Positions 40,170 through 50,615 of a DNA stretch of 64,000 nt are shown one piece after another. The stretch covers positions 128,001 through 192,000 of the IMG/VR virus record IMGVR_UViG_3300031867_000002; one strand, given 5' to 3'. The translations under genes and the position numbers were made by a program. Origin of the DNA: a virus. Lineage: Duplodnaviria; Caudoviricetes. Under the pieces are notes generated by a model that had not been told where the DNA came from, searched no databases, and worked only from the letters and a program-made list of their open reading frames with translations. The first letter of the stretch is position 1. The number at the start of each line of letters is the position of its first letter.

Positions 40170-40517
40170 ATGATGAATGGAATCGAAACATTAGCAAAGG
40201 ACTTCTTTAGCAACAGAAACGTATGTGAAGAACCTAAGAATCTTAATCTTGGAGACAGAGTATTTATTGTAGATACTAGTCTTATTGACCCAGAGACAGA
40301 TTTCTATGCGATTATCCCAGTAGTAGTTGTTGCTATAGATAATCGTGTAAGTAGAATTCCTGGAAGAATGTATTATTGGTTTAGAGCTGAAGGTTCTAAA
40401 TTAGATGAAAGACTGAATACACAGACAGAACTAGTTCAAGGAGGTACACTGCAATACTATAAGTATTTAGAGAATACATCTCCTTATATTCTTCTGTCTA
40501 ATCCTGCTGAAAAATGA
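40170..40517 (+). CDS. hypothetical early protein
   Basis: TATACTAT upstream, AAAGGA RBS, terminator at 40524-40553. Confidence 0.65.
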   Translation: MMNGIETLAKDFFSNRNVCEEPKNLNLGDRVFIVDTSLIDPETDFYAIIPVVVVAIDNRVSRIPGRMYYWFRAEGSKLDERLNTQTELVQGGTLQYYKYLENTSPYILLSNPAEK

Positions 40518-40570
40518 TATTAAAGAATGAGCCATAACAGGCTCATTCTTTTTTGTAAAGGAGGGATAGT

Positions 40571-41872
40571 ATGGCTTATAGAGAGATACATGTAGAAGAT
40601 GTAAGGAAAGAAATGCAACTTAATAAGAATATTACTGTTGCTCCTTTACATCAAAGCTATGCATTATGCATTGAATATATGAAACATTGGTTTTTACAAA
40701 AGTTTAAAGATGATTTTTTCTCTTGGGTTCATGTAGACGGTAGTCATGTATTTGGAGAACTATCTAAACTCGATAAACAGACTATTATGAATCATATGTC
40801 TGATGATAAAGCTATTTTAACAATGATTCCTACTATAGATGATGATTATAATAGAGATAGACTTGACCAAAACTTATTTGGTATAGACCAATTCATTAAT
40901 ACTACTAAAATAGACAAGGCTTTCTTTCAAGACCCAGTAAATCAACGTTATATCCTTATGAAAATGGATATGATGCTAATGAATTTCACTTATAGAGTAA
41001 AAGTACCGACTAGAGCTATACAATTAGACGTACAAAAATTTATGAAGCTTGCATTTAGAACAAATCTATCAGAAACTAACGATGTAGACCTAGATTATGT
41101 ATTACCATACCCAATGATGTTATTTATTGCTAAAGATTTAGGTTTTGAAATTAAAAATGATAGAATTGTAGAACCTATTAAGTTTCTTACCTATCTAAAT
41201 AGTCGTTCTTACATTCCAATCACATATAAACGCTCTAATGTAAATGCTAGAGAAGAATACTTTGTGAGAGTTGACCATATCCCAGTTCGTTTACTAATAA
41301 AAGACGTTACTAAGGATGATGGCAACAAATATGGACATATTGCAGATGATTTTAGTATAGAAATGCAGGTTGAAGTACGTTTTCCATCTATGCAACTATA
41401 TGTATACTTTACTAGAGAAGAACTTACTAAAATTACCTTTGGTGATGAAGTATATAACATTGATAATACACTTATGATGTCATTACATTATTATGATGAC
41501 CCACCTCCAATCAATACAAGAGGCTGGAAGCTAACTATTAATGCACAATGGGAAGAAGAGAAACCAGGTAGTATTGATATTGACTTAAATGAGCTATTTA
41601 AAGGAGAATTATCTCAAATATCTAATTATCTAGTAAGTAAGTTTATCTCTCCATCCGTATTTATAGATATACAGCTATATAGTGGAGGTATTAAACTAGA
41701 TACAGATATAAATTGGGATGATATGAAGTTACATGCAGATAATCCAACAGATAAACTCATTTCTACTATAGCAATTTATATTGACCTTGAATACTTAAAT
41801 AGTTTAAGAGTAGAAAGTTATGGTGACACATCTGATAAAGTTCTTCCCAGCTACCCAAACAGGCTGTATTAA
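40571..41872 (+). CDS. probable virion structural protein (tail completion-like?)
   Basis: 433 aa in the head/tail cluster. Function uncertain. Confidence 0.4.
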   Translation: MAYREIHVEDVRKEMQLNKNITVAPLHQSYALCIEYMKHWFLQKFKDDFFSWVHVDGSHVFGELSKLDKQTIMNHMSDDKAILTMIPTIDDDYNRDRLDQNLFGIDQFINTTKIDKAFFQDPVNQRYILMKMDMMLMNFTYRVKVPTRAIQLDVQKFMKLAFRTNLSETNDVDLDYVLPYPMMLFIAKDLGFEIKNDRIVEPIKFLTYLNSRSYIPITYKRSNVNAREEYFVRVDHIPVRLLIKDVTKDDGNKYGHIADDFSIEMQVEVRFPSMQLYVYFTREELTKITFGDEVYNIDNTLMMSLHYYDDPPPINTRGWKLTINAQWEEEKPGSIDIDLNELFKGELSQISNYLVSKFISPSVFIDIQLYSGGIKLDTDINWDDMKLHADNPTDKLISTIAIYIDLEYLNSLRVESYGDTSDKVLPSYPNRLY

Positions 41873-41914
41873 GAACTTTTATATAAAATCACTTGTAAAG
41901 GAGGTCAATATAAT

Positions 41915-44518
41915 ATGAATCTTACTCATAAGGATATTATTGCTCGTCAACGCAATTTAATTACAGATACTTATGTATGTAATGCTTATTGTAATATTCC
42001 TCATTTATATGAAACTCTAACAAATGAGAATTATTCATATAATAAAGCTAAGATGCTATTGGAAAACTGGCAAGCTTTAGATAATGATGAAGAAAAAGCA
42101 TTATATAAAGTATTGGAAGTATTTGGATTGATTGTTGATAATGATAATAGTTCTAATATTCAAAATGCAGCTAGTTTAATTGAAGGAAAGATTATTCCTA
42201 AACTACGTAATGCTAAACAGACAAGACAATTAAACAATTATAAACGAGGTTGGATTAAACATAGACATACAGCTATGCTTAATGATACTAAAGATAATGA
42301 AACTGCGGTTCAAAGAGCAAAATCAAATGGAGGATATTTAGGAAACTCTTTACATCCTCATAGAAAATATAAACGTGATATTTATGGGCGTAAAATGGGA
42401 GAAGCAAAAGGTAATTCTAGTGGTGGAGATGAAATGTCAGATTCTGGTGGAGATGACTTCGCAGCAGAAGAATGTTATAATAGATTTATCAAGGCTGCCT
42501 CTATAAATGAGCAATGTGATAGAGTTCTAAACAATCATGCTAAACTATCTAAACGATTTGATTTAGAATCTAAAGTTCGTAGATGTCCTTTAAATGAATT
42601 ATCATTGCAAAAATGTATATATGATATATGTACTCTTATAGAAAGCTATGATATACCGTTTGGAGTTAAGTATAACATTGCTTTAGAGAATATTATGTAT
42701 CTAATGGTTAAGAATTGTATTCCTATAAGTAATTCATTTATTCTTGAAACTGTAACTGATTATTTTTTGATGGAAGAATCTACAGATGCTAGATTACATG
42801 ATATGAAGTATATTCTCGAAAATGCTAAATTTTTTACAGAAGAAGATATCGAACCTGTATCTTATCTATTGGTAGATGAAGGTGCTATTATTGAAGCATT
42901 AGAAAATGATGATTTAGAATCTCTTGAAGAAAATAAGATTCATGATATGTTCTTAAAGTGGAAAGAAAAGAGAGTTAAGACTAATAAAGAAAAAGATGAA
43001 GTTGATAAAATGAAAATCAAAAAGATTATTCATGACTTCAAGAAAGAGCACAAAAAAGATATCAATAAGTTTAAAGATGCTATTAGTAGAATCTTTATAC
43101 AAAGACCAGAAGCTATTATTCAAGAACTTCCAGATATTATGCAATTCGTAAGACTAGGTGTTGTATTAGGAGCTACTGCTATAAATCCTGTATTAGGTGT
43201 TATTACTCTTATTACAGACCTATTCTTAAAGATGAAGATATCTAGAGAGCAAATGGCTAAGGTTGTTGAGCAATATGCTAAAGAAAGAGACAAGTATAAA
43301 AAACTTGCAGATGAAGCAGAAGATGAAAAGAAAAAAGAGAAGTATACTGCATTATATAAACAATATAAGAAAGATACAGATACACTTGAGATGAAAGAGA
43401 ATGACCTATATACAGACGCAGAAAATGATAAGCGTATGGAAGAGAAATGGGCTAAAGAAGCTGAAGCATCTATGGGTGATGATGACTTTAATTTCGATTT
43501 TGATATGGACTTTGATTTTGAAGAGTCTGTTAAATATGTAGGTATGTTAGCTACACTATATGAACAATTAGACTTTACTAAAACAGAATTAATGTCTACT
43601 ATAAATAATAATATTCATAGTATGTCTAATGAAGATATTTATAATATTACAGAAGCTGTTAAGTTATGTAATGAAGTATTTGATTGTCCTCGTTATATTA
43701 ATATACTTGAAGATGAATTGCTTCGTTCTAGACAATCTAATTCACATCTTATTGCTGTTCAAAGAGCTGATACTATTAAGACATGTATAAATGATATAGA
43801 AAAGATTAAATACGATAATCTATTAGAGGGTACTTATGTAAATAATGATAACACGATTCCTCCAGTAGATATTATGTATGAACAACTCAAATGTAAACAT
43901 GATATCATGAATGATACATTAGAACTTGTTACCAGATATAAGAATTCAGCTATTAATGAATCTAAAGAAGGTTCTGGTATGTCATTTACTAGTAAACTTA
44001 AGATTGCTTCTGAAAATTTAAGACGTTCTGCACTTCATCTTAAAGATAAAGATAAACAATTATCTATGAAGTTAGACAGTGAATTGAATCGTGTTATGAA
44101 ATCTGCTAAGAAAGCTATGATTAGTGATAGTAGAGAGAATATTATTAAAGGTTCATTCCTACCATCTGCATCTAAATGTATTCATATTGCTCTTGCGTCT
44201 GGTGCGGCATATCTAATTAACCCAGTACTAGCAGTAATAGGTCTTATTGGATTTATAGGTTGTTCTAAAACAATTAACGAAAAAGAACGTAATCTAATTC
44301 TTGATGATATTGATATTGAGATTAAGATGTGTGATAAGTATCTTAAGATTGCAGAAGATAAAGAGGATTTAACTGCAGTAAGAGAAATCATGAAAACTAA
44401 ACGTGACCTTGAAAGACAACGCTCTAGAATTCTTTATAATAAGAATTATATATTTAAGAATAAGAAACAATATGATATGCCTGATAAGATTGGTAAAAAG
44501 ATGAGCGATGATGATTAA
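41915..44518 (+). CDS. large internal head/ejection-type protein
   Basis: 867 aa, two hydrophobic INPVL segments, coiled coils, upstream of the capsid gene. Confidence 0.5.
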   Translation: MNLTHKDIIARQRNLITDTYVCNAYCNIPHLYETLTNENYSYNKAKMLLENWQALDNDEEKALYKVLEVFGLIVDNDNSSNIQNAASLIEGKIIPKLRNAKQTRQLNNYKRGWIKHRHTAMLNDTKDNETAVQRAKSNGGYLGNSLHPHRKYKRDIYGRKMGEAKGNSSGGDEMSDSGGDDFAAEECYNRFIKAASINEQCDRVLNNHAKLSKRFDLESKVRRCPLNELSLQKCIYDICTLIESYDIPFGVKYNIALENIMYLMVKNCIPISNSFILETVTDYFLMEESTDARLHDMKYILENAKFFTEEDIEPVSYLLVDEGAIIEALENDDLESLEENKIHDMFLKWKEKRVKTNKEKDEVDKMKIKKIIHDFKKEHKKDINKFKDAISRIFIQRPEAIIQELPDIMQFVRLGVVLGATAINPVLGVITLITDLFLKMKISREQMAKVVEQYAKERDKYKKLADEAEDEKKKEKYTALYKQYKKDTDTLEMKENDLYTDAENDKRMEEKWAKEAEASMGDDDFNFDFDMDFDFEESVKYVGMLATLYEQLDFTKTELMSTINNNIHSMSNEDIYNITEAVKLCNEVFDCPRYINILEDELLRSRQSNSHLIAVQRADTIKTCINDIEKIKYDNLLEGTYVNNDNTIPPVDIMYEQLKCKHDIMNDTLELVTRYKNSAINESKEGSGMSFTSKLKIASENLRRSALHLKDKDKQLSMKLDSELNRVMKSAKKAMISDSRENIIKGSFLPSASKCIHIALASGAAYLINPVLAVIGLIGFIGCSKTINEKERNLILDDIDIEIKMCDKYLKIAEDKEDLTAVREIMKTKRDLERQRSRILYNKNYIFKNKKQYDMPDKIGKKMSDDD

Positions 44519-44531
44519 TGGAGGTGACATT

Positions 44532-45569
44532 ATGGACTATGGAGATAAATTAAAAGATATATTACGTAGAGTAATAACTGAAGCTGATGAAGAAGATGAT
44601 GTAGGCGCTGGAGAATCTGATAACTTCATGGATGATGACTCTGGTGGCGATGACATGGGAGGAGACGAAGATGTAGGTGCTGGAGAATCTGATAACTTCA
44701 TGGATGATGACTCTGGTGGCGATGACATGGGAGGAGACGAAGATGTAGGTGCTGGAGAATCTGATAACTTCATGGATGACGACTCTGGTGGCGATGACAT
44801 GGGAGGAGACGAAGATGTAGGTGCTGGAGAATCTGATAACTTCATGGATGACGACTCTGGTGGCGATGACATGGGAGGAGACGACTCTGGCAGCGATGAC
44901 ATGGGAGAAGACGACATAGGAGAAGGTGAGTCAGATAACTTCATGGATGATGAAGGTGGAGGAGACGACTCTGGTGGAGAAGAAGGCGGAGATGAATCTA
45001 CTGAAGATACTGGTGAAGAAGGAGATGAATCTTCTGAAGAAGGTGGAGAAGAAGGAGAAGAGTATGACCTTAATAAGATAGAAGAAGAGCTATTCTCTTC
45101 ACTTACTCCAGAACAAATCGCTATTAAAAATCATGAACTAAAAAATCAGTTTATTGAAGTGTATTCTATTATTGGCTCTACATTGGTTCGTATTAATGAT
45201 ATTCCTAAATCAAATGACAATATTAATATCCTTAAATTTATAACAGAAAAATTATTAGAACTTAGAGAGATGATTGATTATAATATTACAGTAGCTTATT
45301 CTACTAGAACTTATATTGAAAACAATATTATCTATCAACAATGTATTGCTACTTTAAATGCTATTGCAGATATTATTGATAATATTCCTAATGTAAATGG
45401 TGGAGAAAGTAATGCTGAAGCTGAAGAAAATGGAGAAGAAGATTTAGGTGAACCAGTAGAACCTGATGAATCTGAAGAAACCAATACACTTGATGTATCG
45501 GATAGTAGTATGTCTGATTATCAAGAAGAATCAGTTAATTATAATAGCGATTATAATACCCTGTTTTAA
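44532..45569 (+). CDS. acidic repeat protein, scaffold-like
   Basis: Start MDYG after GGAGGTG, D/E/G-rich repeats, directly upstream of the capsid gene. Confidence 0.6.
   Translation: MDYGDKLKDILRRVITEADEEDDVGAGESDNFMDDDSGGDDMGGDEDVGAGESDNFMDDDSGGDDMGGDEDVGAGESDNFMDDDSGGDDMGGDEDVGAGESDNFMDDDSGGDDMGGDDSGSDDMGEDDIGEGESDNFMDDEGGGDDSGGEEGGDESTEDTGEEGDESSEEGGEEGEEYDLNKIEEELFSSLTPEQIAIKNHELKNQFIEVYSIIGSTLVRINDIPKSNDNINILKFITEKLLELREMIDYNITVAYSTRTYIENNIIYQQCIATLNAIADIIDNIPNVNGGESNAEAEENGEEDLGEPVEPDESEETNTLDVSDSSMSDYQEESVNYNSDYNTLF
44598..44952 (+). repeat. 72-bp tandem repeat (DVGAGESDNFMDDDSGGDDMGGDE) x4 plus a degenerate copy
   Basis: Near-identical units seen directly. Confidence 0.95.
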
Positions 45570-45588
45570 TTTCATCACGGATATTCAT

Positions 45589-45600
45589 AACAATATAATA
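45589..45600 (+). promoter_or_regulatory. late promoter AACA-N6-TA (representative copy, capsid gene)
   Basis: AACA ATATAA TA. Same motif at more than 15 other gene starts (see findings). Confidence 0.75.
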
Positions 45601-45706
45601 AAAATAGTAAGGTAATAATGTTGTATTACCTTTGACTATTACCAATAACAGCAATACCTATCTATATCAATTTATAAAAAATTCAAATAAAAAGGAGGAT
45701 ACTAAT

Positions 45707-47749
45707 ATGCCAGTAGTTGGTGAAACCCTCGTTCGCAAGCCTGGTTCAAATGGTTATTCCCATGACCCTATGGCTGGTATGGCGAAAGAGTTCCTGAACC
45801 TCTCCAATTCTATTTTGGAAGAAGGTAGACTTGACATTTATACTGAACCTTCTAAGGTTTTTAGAAGAGATATTACAGATTCCGCAATGAAGAGCTTCTT
45901 TATTGAAAATTCCGCAGACCCTAAGGGAATGACAGCAGAAGAATATGAAGACCACATTGCAATGATGGAACAGCTTTATGAAAATGATAAAAAAGCAGTT
46001 CTTGAACATTCTGGTATGGGTCAGTTTAACCCTGTAATTGGTATGACTTTCCCAATTCATAAGAATATCATGCTTAACAATATCTTTGATAAAGGTGCTA
46101 TTCCGAAGCTTGTTGCAACATCTCCTAATTTTACAGTATCAATGGAAACAAGATGGCTCATTGACCCTGAAACAAATGAGAAGATTGATATGTGGAGAGA
46201 ACAATATAAGATGACTGATGCAATCGAAAAGGCTGCACCTATGAAATCTCTTTATTTACCTCTTCCTGAAGCTGAGAATACTAACATTATCGAGACTCTA
46301 TTTGGTGTTCCTGCTGACCACAACACAAACCTTTCTATTGAGTCCTATATCTCTGGTCTCGTAGGTAGCAGAGTTGTATATCCTGGTCAGACAGTTAACC
46401 TGGTTGTTGAGCAGTCTGATGCATCTACCACACCCGCAACTGTTACATATGTAACCGTTAAGTATACTAATACTACTACTTCTGCTCACGTACTTCCTAC
46501 TCCTACTGGTGCTACTGCACCTGCTGACCTTGCAACTCAACTTCCTACTGTTGACGCTTCTGTAACTCAGACTGTTATCGGCACTGTATTTGACTGGAAG
46601 GGTAATTTCGTTCCTGCATATGGTACTTATGACCGTCAGATTTGTGAACAGTTCGCACTTCCTATGGTAACTTCTGTTGCTGCTGGTACTCTTGCTGATA
46701 CTTGGGCACTGACTGTTACTCTTGCAAACGGTTCTACTGTAGTTATCGACAATACTACTTCTGAAAATGCAATTCCTGGTCAGTACAGAACTGTTGGTTT
46801 CGTATCTGGTTTCTCTAAGGATAACAGATTTGGTCTTACAACTTCCAACACAAATGTACTAGGTGTTCTTCTTACATCTAGACTTGATACTTCTTCCGCT
46901 ATGCTCAAGACTCCTAGTGTTTCTTGGTCTATCAGAACAGACATTATTGAAATTCCTAATAGAATTCCGATTAATGTAACTATTTCTCCTGAAGAAGTTA
47001 AGGATATTGCAGCACTTTATCAGATTAACCAGCTTACTAAGGTTATGTCTCTGATGAAGATTTCTCTTGCTAACTATAAAGATGACCTGATTCGTAGATT
47101 CCTTGACGAATCCTTCCTCAATATGCCTGGTGATTGCAAGATTGCTAGACAGTTTGACTTTGCTCCATCTCAGAACTATGCACTCGACCCAATCGAGTGG
47201 AGATACAAGACATTTATGGATAGTCTTGATACTCATGCTACTCAGTTGCTGCACGTTCTGAATGACCCGAACGTTACATTCAATATCATTGGTCGTGATG
47301 ACCTGATTAGAAAGATTACTCCTACAGATTACACATATCAGTCTCCTTCTAGCATTGGTCCTGTAGAACTTGACTTTGTTAAGACTGTTGTTACATCTGA
47401 TAAGAGAACATATCAGTTCATTAGTTCTGATAAACTTCGTGATAGTAATAACCTGATGATTATTCTCTGTCCTAGAAACTCTGAACGTTTCATCTACAGA
47501 ATTTATGATTATCAAATGTATCTATCTAACGAAATCAGAAATATTACTAATCCAGCTCTTCCTGCAGTACATGCATTTGAAAGATGGATTGCTAAGGAAT
47601 ATCAGCCAGTTCAGGGACGTATCAGAATCCTGAATCCTACTGGTCTCCGCAACTATGGTACTGACTATAGCTATAACAATGACCCAACTGGTCGTGGTGA
47701 TGGTGTACGTAGTATCGGTAAGAATGATTTCGATATTGACGCTATCTAA
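45707..47749 (+). CDS. major capsid protein
   Basis: Start MPVVGE after AAAGGAGG, high-expression codon style, late promoter at 45589, own terminator. Confidence 0.8.
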   Translation: MPVVGETLVRKPGSNGYSHDPMAGMAKEFLNLSNSILEEGRLDIYTEPSKVFRRDITDSAMKSFFIENSADPKGMTAEEYEDHIAMMEQLYENDKKAVLEHSGMGQFNPVIGMTFPIHKNIMLNNIFDKGAIPKLVATSPNFTVSMETRWLIDPETNEKIDMWREQYKMTDAIEKAAPMKSLYLPLPEAENTNIIETLFGVPADHNTNLSIESYISGLVGSRVVYPGQTVNLVVEQSDASTTPATVTYVTVKYTNTTTSAHVLPTPTGATAPADLATQLPTVDASVTQTVIGTVFDWKGNFVPAYGTYDRQICEQFALPMVTSVAAGTLADTWALTVTLANGSTVVIDNTTSENAIPGQYRTVGFVSGFSKDNRFGLTTSNTNVLGVLLTSRLDTSSAMLKTPSVSWSIRTDIIEIPNRIPINVTISPEEVKDIAALYQINQLTKVMSLMKISLANYKDDLIRRFLDESFLNMPGDCKIARQFDFAPSQNYALDPIEWRYKTFMDSLDTHATQLLHVLNDPNVTFNIIGRDDLIRKITPTDYTYQSPSSIGPVELDFVKTVVTSDKRTYQFISSDKLRDSNNLMIILCPRNSERFIYRIYDYQMYLSNEIRNITNPALPAVHAFERWIAKEYQPVQGRIRILNPTGLRNYGTDYSYNNDPTGRGDGVRSIGKNDFDIDAI

Positions 47750-47781
47750 TGATTGATTAATTATATAACTTAAGGTCTTTC

Positions 47782-47816
47782 AACGCCTAGTGTCTTCTTA
47801 GGCACTAGGCGTTTTT
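47782..47816 (+). terminator. terminator after the capsid gene
   Basis: aacgcctagtg...cactaggcgtt plus T run. Confidence 0.8.
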
Positions 47817-47843
47817 GAAGTTAATGAAAGGAGGATATACCGT

Positions 47844-49052
47844 ATGATTCGTCAAATCAATTATGATTTTACTGGCATTGAATATGCTTGTGCTACTATC
47901 ATTGATTCAGATGGAAGAAAAGGCTTAGACCAATTAAAAAAAGAATTAAACAATTTCTTTAAAGACTCTAATTGTAAAGAGATTATCTTTACTCGTTCCG
48001 ATTCTTTATTCTTTGGTATGTGTGTATATCCACAAGTAGATAAAGAGATGGTTACAGCTATTCTTCAAGATGATAAGAAAGTTCGTTTTAACCAATATAC
48101 TATTGAAATTGATTCTAAGATTCTACATCCAGCTTTACAGATTACTCCTAGAGAATTTACAGCAATGATTCTACATGAGGTTGGTCATATTGTTAATGAC
48201 CCAGAACCAGTAGATGAAGTTAGAAAAGTTATTGCATTACAACTTACTAAGAATGGAGATAGTTTAAATATTCCTAAGACTGCACAATACTATACTATCA
48301 TTAGTTATGGTATTAAAGATACTGTACGTAAGATGACATCTATGTTTTTTGTATATAAAAATGGTGAAGTATTAGCAGATGAGTTTGTACACATGTGTGG
48401 TTATGGAGAAGATTTAAATTCTATCTTTGATAAGATTTGTAAATCTGGTATGAAGATTAATGATGGTAGTGTTAATAAACTTACATCATTAGCATGGTCG
48501 CTATCTGTATATAAAGAACTCAAGATAAAAAGGATTCCAGCGTTAAGACTTCTAAAGAAAATGAAAGGTATTTCTGGTTCTGAAGTTGAAAAACGTGAAA
48601 TGGAAATCATGATGAATGCTATTAGTACAATTGATGATGCTAATATAAACGAGTGTTGTGATTATACAAATAGAGAATTATACTATGTATTTAATGAAGC
48701 TAAAACAGAAGTAAAACAGAGTAAGTATGCAGAGCTAAGAAAACAGACTGCTATAAAAAATATACGCAAGTTTGAACAAGACTTATATGAATACAAAATG
48801 CGTATTCGTCATGTCGCAGACGAAGATGATGCATATTATCTAATGCGTATGATTAATACACGTATCTCTGTAATCGAAGACTTCTTAGACCATGAACGTT
48901 TAAGTGAACAAGAACATAAACGTTGGTGGGGATTATTAGAGAAATACTATTCTCTGAGAGAAGAACTTGCTAACGTAACTACATATCGTTATGATTATAG
49001 CGATAGTCTTATTGTAGTTAAGTATCCTGAGATTAAACCTGGACGTATGTAA
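47844..49052 (+). CDS. HExxH zinc metallopeptidase-like virion protein
   Basis: AMILHEVGH and EVLADEFVHMCGYG. Confidence 0.75.
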   Translation: MIRQINYDFTGIEYACATIIDSDGRKGLDQLKKELNNFFKDSNCKEIIFTRSDSLFFGMCVYPQVDKEMVTAILQDDKKVRFNQYTIEIDSKILHPALQITPREFTAMILHEVGHIVNDPEPVDEVRKVIALQLTKNGDSLNIPKTAQYYTIISYGIKDTVRKMTSMFFVYKNGEVLADEFVHMCGYGEDLNSIFDKICKSGMKINDGSVNKLTSLAWSLSVYKELKIKRIPALRLLKKMKGISGSEVEKREMEIMMNAISTIDDANINECCDYTNRELYYVFNEAKTEVKQSKYAELRKQTAIKNIRKFEQDLYEYKMRIRHVADEDDAYYLMRMINTRISVIEDFLDHERLSEQEHKRWWGLLEKYYSLREELANVTTYRYDYSDSLIVVKYPEIKPGRM

Positions 49053-49094
49053 TATAAAAAAGAACGGGACTATAAAAGTCCCGTTCTTATATTG

Positions 49095-49484
49095 TCAATT
49101 CTTCAACAAATGTTTAGTGGTAAAATTAGCTATAGGACCAAACATTGGAATCATTTCAAGGTTCTTTATCACTAGTGCTTCATTAGGATGCAATGCAAAC
49201 CAATTTTGCATTGCATCATTTATCACCTTATTAAATGATTTGAAGCTTTCTGATTCTCTGATATCTGCTGGAGGAGTATTTCCGCTAGCTATATCATTCA
49301 AAGCGCAAAACTCTCCAATAGCTATAACTAATTTAAAATCAAAGACTCCCATCCTAATCAAATTAGCAGTATAAACTGTCAATTCCTCTAAAATGTCGAA
49401 ATCAAAATGAGGGTCATAGGAATATTCCTTGACCACATAGTCATTGATTTCCTGAATCTTCTGATAAATGTTGTTGTTTTCCAT
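49095..49484 (-). CDS. hypothetical protein
   Basis: AAAGGAG RBS. Confidence 0.65.
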   Translation of the reverse strand: MENNNIYQKIQEINDYVVKEYSYDPHFDFDILEELTVYTANLIRMGVFDFKLVIAIGEFCALNDIASGNTPPADIRESESFKSFNKVINDAMQNWFALHPNEALVIKNLEMIPMFGPIANFTTKHLLKN

Positions 49485-49553
49485 AATAATTTCTCCTTTT
49501 CATTTTTCAAATTTAAAAGAACGGGTTAATAAATAACCAGTTCTTTGTTTACA

Positions 49554-49937
49554 TTATGTGCGTGGCGGAAACTGATAGTACTGCTGCTGAAATACAGTCT
49601 GATTCTGCATAGCATTCTGCCAAGCTGGAAGTGCTTGATTCAGAAAATCCCTAAGGTCTTCCAAATTCTGTACAGAAGAAGTGCCGTTAGTTGTAGTTGT
49701 AACCACATTATTAACGACATTGATAATCTCCTGAATATCATCATCACAAGAATCAGATTTTTCTGTAATAGCATTCCTAATTTTTTCAATCTGAACTTTA
49801 GCAGCATTTGCACTGATTGGATTACTTTCAAGTTCTTGAGGGAGATTATTAATATTCAATCCCTCACAATCCATATATGCAACAACTGTCGCAATAGCTC
49901 TCTGCATAGCCTCTGCTTTTTCAATTCTTGTACTCAT
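49554..49937 (-). CDS. hypothetical early protein
   Basis: AAGGAG RBS, early promoter near 50005-50016. Confidence 0.7.
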   Translation of the reverse strand: MSTRIEKAEAMQRAIATVVAYMDCEGLNINNLPQELESNPISANAAKVQIEKIRNAITEKSDSCDDDIQEIINVVNNVVTTTTNGTSSVQNLEDLRDFLNQALPAWQNAMQNQTVFQQQYYQFPPRT

Positions 49938-50023
49938 AAAACATTCTCCTTTTCATTATGAAATAAATTTTGGAGGCAGCTAATGCTACCTCCTCATACA
50001 CCTATATTATATACAAGTATAGT

Positions 50024-50383
50024 TTATTTTAATAAACCTAAAACATCATTAGGTTTATCATCTAATTTTGAATTAGGAATAACATAATCTTCGATAATTA
50101 TTGATAAGTCTACATTCATCAAATCATTTATAGTAATTGGCTCATTTTTAATCCTATCAATCTCTTCAACTACACTTCTATAATATAAATCAGGTACATC
50201 TGGATATTCTAAGTCAGGCTTCTTACAACGCAGATTCATTTTCTTTTTAGCACGTGCTTTGTAAACTTCATCGATATCAAGAAATTTATCTGTTTTGAAT
50301 ATATTCGGTGATGTATTTGACTGGATATGTTTAAGATAATTCTTATACCATAATTCAATCATTTCATATATCTTTATCATCTT
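50024..50383 (-). CDS. hypothetical protein
   Basis: Likely start MIKIYE. Confidence 0.55.
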   Translation of the reverse strand, partial: KMIKIYEMIELWYKNYLKHIQSNTSPNIFKTDKFLDIDEVYKARAKKKMNLRCKKPDLEYPDVPDLYYRSVVEEIDRIKNEPITINDLMNVDLSIIIEDYVIPNSKLDDKPNDVLGLLK

Positions 50384-50615
50384 TTTCATCCTCCTCATGC
50401 AATCCAATACTATCAAAGAAACTTTTACGACATCTATCATTAAAGTCCTTTACTGTACCACCTGAATACTCATATTTCCTCAAATCAAAATCATCATCAT
50501 GTTGTTTATCATGATTACGTTCTTCTTTATTATCTCTATATACTATAATACCAAGTATAATTACACATAATCCAAGTACTATAGCCGCTGAGCACCATAT
50601 ATCTATAAATTTCAT
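50364..50615 (-). CDS. small membrane protein
   Basis: One N-terminal transmembrane segment, ATGA coupling. Confidence 0.65.
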   Translation of the reverse strand: MKFIDIWCSAAIVLGLCVIILGIIVYRDNKEERNHDKQHDDDFDLRKYEYSGGTVKDFNDRCRKSFFDSIGLHEEDEKDDKDI

